From: Promethearchaeota archaeon
GTDB lineage: Archaea > Asgardarchaeota > Lokiarchaeia > Sigyniarchaeales > SOKP01
Length of the DNA stretch: 52,450 bases
Direction of reading: 5' to 3'
Assembly (NCBI GenBank): GCA_048941285.1
Contig: JBHLNS010000018.1
Location: forward strand, 1 to 52,450
Positions within the stretch are counted from its first letter, which is position 1. Each line of letters begins with the position of its first letter. A program made the position numbers and the translations under genes. The notes beneath the pieces are model-generated. The model was not told the origin of the DNA. It was given only the letters and a program-made list of their open reading frames with translations, and did not search any database. Shown here one piece after another: positions 9,963 through 19,073 of this stretch.

Positions 9963-11330
9963 TTATTTATCATAGTTATTATCGCTTAAATCATCCATGA
10001 TATTGTATATCTCATCCATTAATTCATCCAAACTAACCATTTTTTGTTCTTGAGAAATCATATTCCTAATAGTAACCTTTTTTTCCGATAATTCTTCAGG
10101 TCCCACTATTAAAACAATAATTATGCCCAGTTCATTGGCTTTACTAAGTTGATTTTTCAGATTCTTAAATCTATAATCTATCATACAAGGGAAGTCTTCA
10201 TCTCGAATAATCCTAGCTATTTCAAAAGCGTATGTTGAGAGATCTTCGCTTACCGAAGCTATATAAATAGTATCACTATAATCTTTTTCTTTAATTTCTT
10301 CTGGAATCAAATTATATGTTTTTAAAAATAAGGACAATGTATAAACTCCCATACCAAATCCAGTACCAGTTATTTTTTCATCAGAAAATATGGATAGTAA
10401 ATCGTCATATCTCCCTCCACCAAAAATACTTCTAATGTTTTCTTTCCCTGTATCAAAAACTTCATATATAATTCCAGTATAGTAATCAAGACCCCTTACT
10501 GTACTTGAAGAAAACGTACAATAGTTAGAAATATTCACTTCTTTTATGAGTCTTTCAAAATTTATTATCTCAGTATACCCCTCGGAGATATAGAAATCTT
10601 CTGGAATGCTATCAAACTTATTTAATAATTCATCAACAGTTTTGGCATCTTTTAACTTAAATATGCCTTGAATGATAACTTCATTTTGAAATGTTTCAAT
10701 TACATATTTTTCAAACTCATCTTCTTCCATTTTATCTGATTTATCTAATACTTTGTAAACAATTGGCATTTGATCTTCGTTTATTTTAAGGATAAGCTTA
10801 CATAGTGAATCCATAAATCTTCGACTATTATAATATATTTTAAATTGGCTGGAAGTAGCACCAAATTCAGTAAATATATCTACAATTATGTTAAATATCT
10901 CGAGATCTGCATATAAGCTCTCTTCGCCTAAAATGTCAACGTTAGGTTGTTTAAACGCTCTTCGACGACCTCTTTGTGGTCTTTCATATCTAAAGCATGT
11001 TGGAACGGAGAACCATCGAATAGGTTTTTTTAATTCTTGACTCTTTGCAGCAACCATCCGAGCTAAAGAAGGAGTAAGTTCAGGGATTAATATGAGCCTT
11101 TCTCCTTTCTTTTTTTCTATGATAAATGATTGTTCATTGACTAGTTCATCAGATGATTTAGCGGCAAAAATGTCAATAGGTTCTAATTGTGGAGTCTCAT
11201 ATTCTTCATAACAATATCTCTCTACTACATCTCTTATTGTTTCAATTATCCAATTAACTTCCCTTAAATCTTGAGGATAATAATCATCCATTCCTCTAAT
11301 AGGCTCCTTAGAAAACTTCTTTGACATCAA
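9963..11330 (-). CDS. hisS: Histidine--tRNA ligase
   Basis: RGMDDY, PELTPSLAR, FRYERPQRGR, VRGLDYYTG, GGGRYDDL motifs plus anticodon-binding domain. Confidence 0.97.
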   Translation of the reverse strand: MMSKKFSKEPIRGMDDYYPQDLREVNWIIETIRDVVERYCYEEYETPQLEPIDIFAAKSSDELVNEQSFIIEKKKGERLILIPELTPSLARMVAAKSQELKKPIRWFSVPTCFRYERPQRGRRRAFKQPNVDILGEESLYADLEIFNIIVDIFTEFGATSSQFKIYYNSRRFMDSLCKLILKINEDQMPIVYKVLDKSDKMEEDEFEKYVIETFQNEVIIQGIFKLKDAKTVDELLNKFDSIPEDFYISEGYTEIINFERLIKEVNISNYCTFSSSTVRGLDYYTGIIYEVFDTGKENIRSIFGGGRYDDLLSIFSDEKITGTGFGMGVYTLSLFLKTYNLIPEEIKEKDYSDTIYIASVSEDLSTYAFEIARIIRDEDFPCMIDYRFKNLKNQLSKANELGIIIVLIVGPEELSEKKVTIRNMISQEQKMVSLDELMDEIYNIMDDLSDNNYDK

Positions 11331-11489
11331 ATCACTTGATTAGTTTATTCAGAATTAAAGTTAAAAAAGAACATTACCAAATATTTTTTTCGATTTAACA
11401 ATAAGGTTTTTCTTTTTAATTATATGTAAATAAATATTATTCTAATTGAAATTTAAGTAAGATTTAACCGATTTTTTGGAGAGGTTTAT

Positions 11490-12137
11490 TTGCCAATTAA
11501 TGACTTTTATGAAAAGATTTCAACTGCAATTGTAAATTTGGATGAAGAACAAGCTGTTGGATATGCAAATAAAGCAATAAAAGAAGATATGAGATTGCTT
11601 GATGTTATTGAAAAGGGTTTTGCGGCAGGAATTCGGAAAGTTGGAGAGTTATGGGAAGAAGGAGAATTTTTCTTACCTGAATTAATGAGAGGAGCCCAAA
11701 TTATGCAAAATTGTTTGGATCTCTTAATTCCACACCTTAAAAGTAACTCAGAAAAAATTTCACGGGGTACAATAGTTATAGCTACCATTGAGGGGGATAT
11801 TCATTCAATAGGAAAAACAATTGTAGGTACGATGTTAAGAGCTTACGGTTATGAAGTATATGATCTGGGAGCTGATGTTCCAGTTGAAAGAATAGTAGAG
11901 GAAGCTATAGAGAAAAGAGCAGATATTATTGGAGTTTCTGCTTTATTAACAACTACTATGACAGGCCAGAGGAAGGTAATTGAACTTCTAAGAGAAAAAA
12001 ATTTAGAAAGTAAATTCAAAGTAATTTTAGGTGGAGCTCCGGTAACAAAAACTTGGGTAGAAGAGTGCAAAGCCGATGGTTTTGCTGAAAATGCTGTTGA
12101 TGCGGTTAGGTTGGTTAAATCTCTTTTAGAACAATAA
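11490..12137 (+). CDS. Methyltransferase-cognate corrinoid protein (MttC/MtbC-like)
   Basis: Cap domain (EFFLPEL) and B12-binding motifs GDIHSIGK, DLGADVP, SALLTTTM, GGAPV; GGAGAGG SD before the TTG start. Confidence 0.93.
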   Translation: MPINDFYEKISTAIVNLDEEQAVGYANKAIKEDMRLLDVIEKGFAAGIRKVGELWEEGEFFLPELMRGAQIMQNCLDLLIPHLKSNSEKISRGTIVIATIEGDIHSIGKTIVGTMLRAYGYEVYDLGADVPVERIVEEAIEKRADIIGVSALLTTTMTGQRKVIELLREKNLESKFKVILGGAPVTKTWVEECKADGFAENAVDAVRLVKSLLEQ

Positions 12138-12169
12138 AATTTTATATTTTTATTGTAGATGATAAATAT

Positions 12170-13048
12170 ATGTTATTCCAAGATTGGTTAAAGGATGATT
12201 CTAAAATCATACTTTTTGATGGAGCTATGGGAACAGAGCTTATCAAAAGAGGATTAAAAGCGGGAAAGATCTCAGATATTTTAAATATTGAGCAACCAGA
12301 AATAATTTCTGAAATTCATAAATCATATTATGATGCAGGATCAGAGATGTGTCAAACAAATACATTTGGCTCAACTCCTATAAACCTAAAACAATATAAT
12401 CTTGAAGGAAAGATTAATGAAATTATTGAGAATGCATTAAACAATATTAAAAAAGTCCGTCCTCCTGGATGCCTAATAGTAGGAGATATTGGCCCAACAG
12501 GTGAGTTTAGACCCCCCGTAGGGAATGCCTCAAGTGATCAATGGTATTCTAGTTTTTCAACCCAAGCAAAGTTATTAGAAGAAGGAGTTGATCTTTGGCA
12601 TATTGAAACAATGTCTGACATACAAGAAATTTTAACAGCAATTAAAGCAGTACGAGAGATTTCTAAAAAACCCTTGATTGCATCAATCACATATAAAAAA
12701 ACAAAAAGGGGTTTCTTCACAATTATGGGAGATTCATTAGAAAAATGCATAGAGATGTTGAGTAATGAAAAAGTAGATGTAATTGGGGCGAATTGTACCT
12801 TAGGATCTAATGAGATGCTTGAATTACTAAAAAATGCAAAAAACTTTACTGAAATACCAATTTCTGTTAAACCGAATGCGGGACAACCTGTAGTTAAAGG
12901 TGATAAAACTTATTATGAACAACCTATAGAAGATTTTGTCAAGGATATTCATGAAATGATCGAATTTGGAGCTAAAATTGTAGGAGGGTGTTGTGGAACA
13001 TCTCCTAAAACCATTATGGAAATACGTAAAATTATAGATTCGCTTTAA
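12170..13048 (+). CDS. Homocysteine S-methyltransferase domain protein (stand-alone MetH N-terminal-like)
   Basis: FDGAMGTEL, TNTFG, GDIGPTG, IETM, GANC, PNAG and GGCCG Zn-ligand motifs. Confidence 0.93.
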   Translation: MLFQDWLKDDSKIILFDGAMGTELIKRGLKAGKISDILNIEQPEIISEIHKSYYDAGSEMCQTNTFGSTPINLKQYNLEGKINEIIENALNNIKKVRPPGCLIVGDIGPTGEFRPPVGNASSDQWYSSFSTQAKLLEEGVDLWHIETMSDIQEILTAIKAVREISKKPLIASITYKKTKRGFFTIMGDSLEKCIEMLSNEKVDVIGANCTLGSNEMLELLKNAKNFTEIPISVKPNAGQPVVKGDKTYYEQPIEDFVKDIHEMIEFGAKIVGGCCGTSPKTIMEIRKIIDSL

Positions 13049-13076
13049 AAATAAAAATGCTACAGAGTGTAAACAA

Positions 13077-14501
13077 ATGACAATTATTAGACCAAAAATA
13101 AAAATATTAGATAATGATCATAAAAACCAGATTTTAGAAGAAGCTAAAATGATTCTTGAAACTCAAGGAGTTTTCATAGAGAATCATGAAGCAATTGACT
13201 TATTCAATCAACATGATATAAATCATGAAGGTTTGCGCTATTATATCCCCCCTGATTTGATTAATAAATGTTTAGAAACTGTGCCAACAGATATCACCCT
13301 CTATGACCGAGAAGGTAATAAACATATTTCTCTAAAGGAGGATAATGTTAATTTTGATCCAGGATCTGCTGCAATTTTCATTTTAGACGAAGAAACAGGA
13401 GATATTAGAGAGGGAGTGTCAAATGATTTCATAAGATTCTCAAAAGTAGTTGAAAACTTGAAATACATTGATGCTAATAGTACTGCCTTAATATATAATG
13501 ATGTTCCTAAAAATGCTCAAGATTGGCATAGATTATATCTAGCATTGTCTAATTGTTATAAACCAGTTGTCACTGGAACGTTTCGTAAAGAAAGTTTTTC
13601 GATAATGCGAGAAATTCTATTGACATTTAGGTTATCTGAAGATGATTTAGCTAGAAAACCGCTCGCTATTTTCGATGCATGCCCAAGCCCACCTCTTAAA
13701 TGGTCTGACCTCACAACTCAATCATTAATTGATGCGGCAAAAAGTATGATCCCTTCTGAATTTGTTTCAATGCCTTTAGCGGGAGCGAGTGCCCCAATCA
13801 CTCTAATAGGGTCAATCACTCAGCATTGTGCAGAATGTCTTGCGGGAATTGTAATTGCACAACTTACTAAAAAGGGAGCACCATTGATTTGGGGTGGTTC
13901 TCCAGCTGTATTTGATATGAGACACGGTACAACTCCAATGGGTGCTATAGAAACAATGATGATAAATCTTGGAGATGTAGAAATGGGCAAATTCTTAAAA
14001 CTACCCACTCATGCATATATGGCTCTTAGTGATTCTAAAATACCTGATAGTCAAGCTGGTTTTGAAGCAGGTATGGGTGCTTTATTAGCGGGACTAGCAG
14101 GGATCAATATGATTTCTGGTCCTGGAATGCTTGATTTTGAATCAACACAGAGTATTGAAAAGTTAATTATTGATAATGAGATAGTAGGAATGGTTAAAAG
14201 ACTAATTCAAGGGATCGAGGATCATGGTGCCCCATTCGCATCAGAGATCCTTAAAGACTATGAAGATAAACAAGAGCTTCTGTCACATCCATCAACACTG
14301 AAATTTTTTAGAAAAGAATTATATCTTCCAAGTTCAATAATAGACAGAATGACACGTGATTCATGGAAAGAAAAAGGGTCAAAATCTGCGAGAAAGAGAG
14401 CTAAAGATCAAATTTCAGAATTTATAAATAAACCAACCATTCGTCCAATTGAAAAAGACTTAAGAAATGAACTAGAGAAGCTTGCCCTTAATAACTTATA
14501 A
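13077..14501 (+). CDS. MttB-superfamily methyltransferase, non-pyrrolysine type
   Basis: SPPLKW, GASAPITLIGS, FDMRHG, SDSKIPDSQAGFE, GPGMLD; Leu at the position before SDxK where Pyl occurs in MttB; no in-frame TAG. Confidence 0.9.
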   Translation: MTIIRPKIKILDNDHKNQILEEAKMILETQGVFIENHEAIDLFNQHDINHEGLRYYIPPDLINKCLETVPTDITLYDREGNKHISLKEDNVNFDPGSAAIFILDEETGDIREGVSNDFIRFSKVVENLKYIDANSTALIYNDVPKNAQDWHRLYLALSNCYKPVVTGTFRKESFSIMREILLTFRLSEDDLARKPLAIFDACPSPPLKWSDLTTQSLIDAAKSMIPSEFVSMPLAGASAPITLIGSITQHCAECLAGIVIAQLTKKGAPLIWGGSPAVFDMRHGTTPMGAIETMMINLGDVEMGKFLKLPTHAYMALSDSKIPDSQAGFEAGMGALLAGLAGINMISGPGMLDFESTQSIEKLIIDNEIVGMVKRLIQGIEDHGAPFASEILKDYEDKQELLSHPSTLKFFRKELYLPSSIIDRMTRDSWKEKGSKSARKRAKDQISEFINKPTIRPIEKDLRNELEKLALNNL

Positions 14502-14521
14502 GATCCTCATTTACTTTTATA

Positions 14522-16105
14522 TCACTCTATTTTACCTAATTTTCTCAATCCAAATATTAAAAGTGGAACTGCACTAGCTATAGAAATTGACATTAAAGGC
14601 ATGAGAAAGTGGAATTTAGCTAAAATCGGAGAAGTTGGGATAGGAAATAATAAAATTATTAATAAGAATACAAATTGAAAAGGTACAATTTGAAGTACCA
14701 TTAAAAATAGATTATTTGAAGTCATTGTACTGCCTTTTTCCTCAAACGCAGGGCTTAAACATTGAATTCCAACAGCTTGTGAGATAACCACTTGACTATT
14801 TATTAGATAAAAACAAAAGAAAAATAAAATTGTGATAAGATCAAACTTAAAAACGAAAGTGAAGAAAATAGTTAATCCTAGTGCCATTAGTATATTAAAT
14901 ATTAACATTGCTAATAGGTATGAAAATACTAGGGCATAAGTATTTCGAGGACTTCTTTTATATACCCAAATCAAATCTTTAGTACCTACAAAGATGTAGC
15001 TTCCAAATAGTAATCCATATAATATTCCACCTATCATAATAATCATGACAATTATTATAGATTGAAGTATTGAAGTACTAAAGCCTAGTGTTGAAAAAAT
15101 TACTCCTAAAACTCCTACCAATCCTAATAGATATACAAATTTCATAATACTTTCTCTCCTTCTTAAAAACTCTTTTAATTGAGTTAATATTAAACCCTCC
15201 CATTTATGTCCTATCAATTTTCTTGCTAACAGGTAGAATTTATTCTCTTTTTCAATAACTATGTTTACTCTTTCTATACCTCCCTCTACCGTAAAAAAAC
15301 TATTAGCTTTTTTGTAAGCTATTAAAAAAATAATCAGGGGTATAATTATAGCTAGAGTAACACTTAACCAAATGTTCAAAAAATAACCACTTATCAAACT
15401 CGGGTCAATAAAATATAAAATTATATTGGTATACCATAAAGAAGGATACAACATTAACCAATTCTTTAATTGTGGATTTGTTATTAAATACTCAAATAAA
15501 AATTGTAATGTATATATTATTGCTACCATCGCTATAGATAAAAGAAATAACAAGATCCTGCCCCAATCTTTTGCGCGATCACTTTTTGCAATTTTATGCT
15601 CCAACCAGGCCGCAATAATAGAACCAACTAAAGTTGCAAATAGTACTAAACCAAAAACACATATATAAATTATTATATATTGAATAAGATTCAGATTGAT
15701 TAGCATACCAGTGATTATCGGAGTAAATAGCAATACACCTCCTATATAAATTGGTATCTTCCCTATAAATTCTCCTAAGAAAATATCTCCTGTCGTAGCA
15801 GGTGATGCTAATATAATCTCTTTAAATCCTATCTCAACCCTCCTATAAATACTATTTATAGGATATATAACAATTGATAAAAAAAAAGCCATCAGTACAT
15901 ATTCGATAATTAGGGCAACAGCCAAATTAAAATTCGGAATTGATTCAAATATAGGCATAATTAAATTAAACAATGTAGGCGCTAAATAGAAAGCCCAGAT
16001 AATTAAGAAGGAATACAAAGAAATAAAAAATAATACTCGATGGTTTCGAAATTTGTTTGTTCTAAGCTTAATTTCGTTTTTAGCTATAGTTTTCCAGAGG
16101 GTCAT
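14522..16105 (-). CDS. ABC exporter permease (multi-TM)
   Basis: 527 aa polytopic membrane protein directly downstream of an ABC ATPase; LWKTIAKNE start and ILASP..GDIFLGEF loop. Confidence 0.75.
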   Translation of the reverse strand: MTLWKTIAKNEIKLRTNKFRNHRVLFFISLYSFLIIWAFYLAPTLFNLIMPIFESIPNFNLAVALIIEYVLMAFFLSIVIYPINSIYRRVEIGFKEIILASPATTGDIFLGEFIGKIPIYIGGVLLFTPIITGMLINLNLIQYIIIYICVFGLVLFATLVGSIIAAWLEHKIAKSDRAKDWGRILLFLLSIAMVAIIYTLQFLFEYLITNPQLKNWLMLYPSLWYTNIILYFIDPSLISGYFLNIWLSVTLAIIIPLIIFLIAYKKANSFFTVEGGIERVNIVIEKENKFYLLARKLIGHKWEGLILTQLKEFLRRRESIMKFVYLLGLVGVLGVIFSTLGFSTSILQSIIIVMIIMIGGILYGLLFGSYIFVGTKDLIWVYKRSPRNTYALVFSYLLAMLIFNILMALGLTIFFTFVFKFDLITILFFFCFYLINSQVVISQAVGIQCLSPAFEEKGSTMTSNNLFLMVLQIVPFQFVFLLIILLFPIPTSPILAKFHFLMPLMSISIASAVPLLIFGLRKLGKIE

Positions 16106-16111
16106 AGGAAT

Positions 16112-16939
16112 CTATTTTTTTTCTTTTTTCTTTTTTTTCTTTTTCTTTTCTTTTTTTAGGCTTTTTGGTATTTCCTCTCTCCAAGCTAAGAGATCTTCAA
16201 TTTTAGAAACACCCATAATTTTTAAATAAGCTTCCTCCAAATCCTTTGCTCCAACAGAATCAATAATTTCTTTTGGAGTTCCTTCTAGTTTTAATTCACC
16301 TTTATCAATGATTCCAATTAAGTCACATAATTCTTCAGCAGCATCAAGAAGATGAGTGCAGATAAAAATAGTCTTATCAGCTTTCTTTGCTAACTCAGAT
16401 ATCAAATCTTTTACTATTCTGGCAGCAGCGGGATCCAAGTTGGATGTAGGTTCATCAAGAAATATTATTTTAGGATCTTGGATAAGAGCCGCACATAAAC
16501 ACACTTTTTGTTTCATTCCTCTCGAATATCCCTCTAAAAGATCGTTTTCACGACCTTCTAAATCAAATAATTCTAATAATTCATCTATTCGCGTTGATAT
16601 TACTTCCTTTGGTAAATAATATAACTCACCTATAAATTCTAAAAATTCTTTTGCTGTCAATTTTTGATATAATCCCGGTGATTCTGGTAAAAAACCGCAA
16701 TTAATCTTAACTTGTTTACTTTCAGAAATAATATCATATCCAACAACCTCCGCAGTTCCAGAGGTTGGAGAGATTATTGCGTTTAACATCCTTACTGTAG
16801 TGGTTTTTCCTGCTCCATTTGGGCCCAATAAACCATAAGTAATTCCATAAGGAATGTTTAAGTTTAAATTATTAACAGCCATAATGTTACCGAATTTTTT
16901 GGTAAGATTATTTGATTTGATTGCGTAGTTATTAGAAAT
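16112..16939 (-). CDS. ABC transporter ATP-binding protein (start probably upstream of the ATG at 16882)
   Basis: GPNGAGKTT, YSRGMKQK, FLDEPT, TH motifs; frame stays open upstream encoding YAIKSNNLTKKFGN, the typical ABC N-terminal strand; poly-Lys tail. Confidence 0.93.
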   Translation of the reverse strand: MSNNYAIKSNNLTKKFGNIMAVNNLNLNIPYGITYGLLGPNGAGKTTTVRMLNAIISPTSGTAEVVGYDIISESKQVKINCGFLPESPGLYQKLTAKEFLEFIGELYYLPKEVISTRIDELLELFDLEGRENDLLEGYSRGMKQKVCLCAALIQDPKIIFLDEPTSNLDPAAARIVKDLISELAKKADKTIFICTHLLDAAEELCDLIGIIDKGELKLEGTPKEIIDSVGAKDLEEAYLKIMGVSKIEDLLAWREEIPKSLKKEKKKKKKKKEKK

Positions 16940-17070
16940 TATATTTCACTTCGATTATTTTTTTTTTCTTTAATTTTCTTAATCAATTAAATTTTACCTT
17001 ATTTAAAGTCAATCATCATCATATTAAATCTAAAATCCAATATTTCTACTTATCATATCTTCAATAATTT

Positions 17071-18084
17071 ATGAGAATAAAACTTTATAACACCCAACCC
17101 TTATTTATAATTACTTTGGATAAGAACATTAAGAAAGGCTTGCTAACAGGTACAATAGGGGTTATTTTTGTAGGGTTACAACCCGTAATTGCTCTTTTAA
17201 GACCAGTTGCTATTGATGCTTACCTTTCAGGAGCTATGACTTGTTTGGTTGAAGCTATGATTTTCTTTCCAATAATGCTATTTGAATTTAAAATATTAAA
17301 TTCAAGCAAAAGGCAAATTAAAAATCAAGAAAATGTAAAGAGCAATTCTAATTTACTAAAAGGCTGGAAAAAAAATTTATTACTTTTATTGTTTATAGGT
17401 CTACTTTTCGGAGTTAATCAAGTACTTTTTTTTGTAGGATATTCAATGTCTGGAGCTATAAATGGATCATTAACTCAAAAAACTACAGTCTTTTTTGGGA
17501 TAATTTTGGGTTACCTAATCCTAAAAGAAAGAGTAACAAAACTTCAAATTATTTTTTCATTTGTACTTTTTTTTGGATTAGCAGTAAGTATTACTCAATT
17601 TTTTACTTTAGTCAATCTAAATAGTACAATTTTAATGGGAGTGGGAATATTATTATTAATAACTTTTTTATGGATGGTAGGTCATACTCTTACTAAACCG
17701 ATATTTACTAGGAATGAAGCAACACCGATCCAAATGGTATTTATTAGAAATATTATATCTGGTGCGATCTTAATATCAACTTATTTGATTTTTTTTACAC
17801 CAGATTTGAGTATTTTTATAGAACCTATAAATCTATTATTTTTTTTTACTATGGGTTCTGTATATGGAGCGGGATTAATATGTTGGTATTTAACTTTATC
17901 ATTCTTAGATGTTTCAAAAGCAACTACAATATTTGCTCCAACTCCGATAACTTCTGCGATATTTGCCACTTTTATTCTTGGGGTTAATTTTACCTTGGCT
18001 CATCTACTAGGTACAGTTCTTATAATATTTTCTATTATCATAATTGTTAACCAAAAAGATAATACTAGAATAATGGAAATTTAA
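17071..18084 (+). CDS. DMT/EamA family transporter
   Basis: About 10 TM in two repeats, ILKERVT and LDVSKAT motifs; true start may be TTG at 17116. Confidence 0.85.
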   Translation: MRIKLYNTQPLFIITLDKNIKKGLLTGTIGVIFVGLQPVIALLRPVAIDAYLSGAMTCLVEAMIFFPIMLFEFKILNSSKRQIKNQENVKSNSNLLKGWKKNLLLLLFIGLLFGVNQVLFFVGYSMSGAINGSLTQKTTVFFGIILGYLILKERVTKLQIIFSFVLFFGLAVSITQFFTLVNLNSTILMGVGILLLITFLWMVGHTLTKPIFTRNEATPIQMVFIRNIISGAILISTYLIFFTPDLSIFIEPINLLFFFTMGSVYGAGLICWYLTLSFLDVSKATTIFAPTPITSAIFATFILGVNFTLAHLLGTVLIIFSIIIIVNQKDNTRIMEI

Positions 18085-18265
18085 TTTTTTATTGAGATAT
18101 ATATATCTATATATATTTGAAAAATATCAAAATTATGTTTAATCCAATTATTTAGTCTAATTTTATTATCACCCAAAACATTTAAATATAGTAGTATATG
18201 AAAATATATACAGAAATATATTTTCATTTTTAATAAAACTTATGTTAAACAATCAATTTTAAAGA

Positions 18266-19072
18266 ATGAAAATGTCTAATCATGAAATAATTGTTGTGAA
18301 GGAATTAAAGAAATTTTTTGGCGAAGTTAAAGCCGTAAATGGTATTTCTTTTAGCGTACACGAAGGTGAGGTTTTTGGACTTTTAGGTCCTAATGGGGCA
18401 GGGAAGACCACAACGATAAAACTCTTATTAGGGCTCCTTGAACCAAATGAAGGAGAGATGAGTGTTTTTGGAATGAATCCAGAACGAGAAGAAGTTGAAA
18501 TAAAACGTCGTATTGGATATGTTAGTGAAGAACCCTTGATATTTAAGTCACTGACTCCTAAAGATTTGTTTAATTTTATAGCCTCTGTCCGTATGTTAGA
18601 TGAAGAAAGAACTACTGAGCTTGCTAGAGAATATTTGGAGAGTCTGGAAGCAATTGAATACTACGACCAATTAATTGCCACGTTATCACATGGTAATAAG
18701 CAAAAATTGCAAATTATTGCTGCTATACTCCACGAACCAGATTTACTTATTTTGGACGAACCAATTGCAGGTCTTGATGCCAAGTCTGTAAGAGTTGTGA
18801 AATCTATACTAGAATTACACACACAGAGAGGTGGTTCCGTCCTTTTTTCAACCCATATAATGGAAATTGCACAAGAATTATGTGATCGAATAGGGATAAT
18901 ACATAAAGGAAAAATGGTTGGAATTGGAACTTTAGAAGAACTTCGCCAAAAAGCTGATAGATTTGGAGCAAGTTTAGAGGATGTATTCTTAAGATTGACA
19001 GAACAAGATACATCGGTTAATCAAATTGTACAGAAATTGCGTGCGTCTTTTAAAATGAAAAATTCAAAGTGA
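18266..19072 (+). CDS. ABC transporter ATP-binding protein
   Basis: GPNGAGKTT, LSHGNKQK, ILDEPIAGLD, STH. Confidence 0.95.
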   Translation: MKMSNHEIIVVKELKKFFGEVKAVNGISFSVHEGEVFGLLGPNGAGKTTTIKLLLGLLEPNEGEMSVFGMNPEREEVEIKRRIGYVSEEPLIFKSLTPKDLFNFIASVRMLDEERTTELAREYLESLEAIEYYDQLIATLSHGNKQKLQIIAAILHEPDLLILDEPIAGLDAKSVRVVKSILELHTQRGGSVLFSTHIMEIAQELCDRIGIIHKGKMVGIGTLEELRQKADRFGASLEDVFLRLTEQDTSVNQIVQKLRASFKMKNSK

Positions 19073-19073
19073 T

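Noticed and set aside
13077-14501. Pyrrolysine-containing trimethylamine methyltransferase
   Set aside because: No in-frame TAG; Leu occupies the Pyl-equivalent position
18095-18120. (TA)n-like run between the DMT and ABC genes
   Set aside because: Low-complexity sequence expected in AT-rich intergenic DNA
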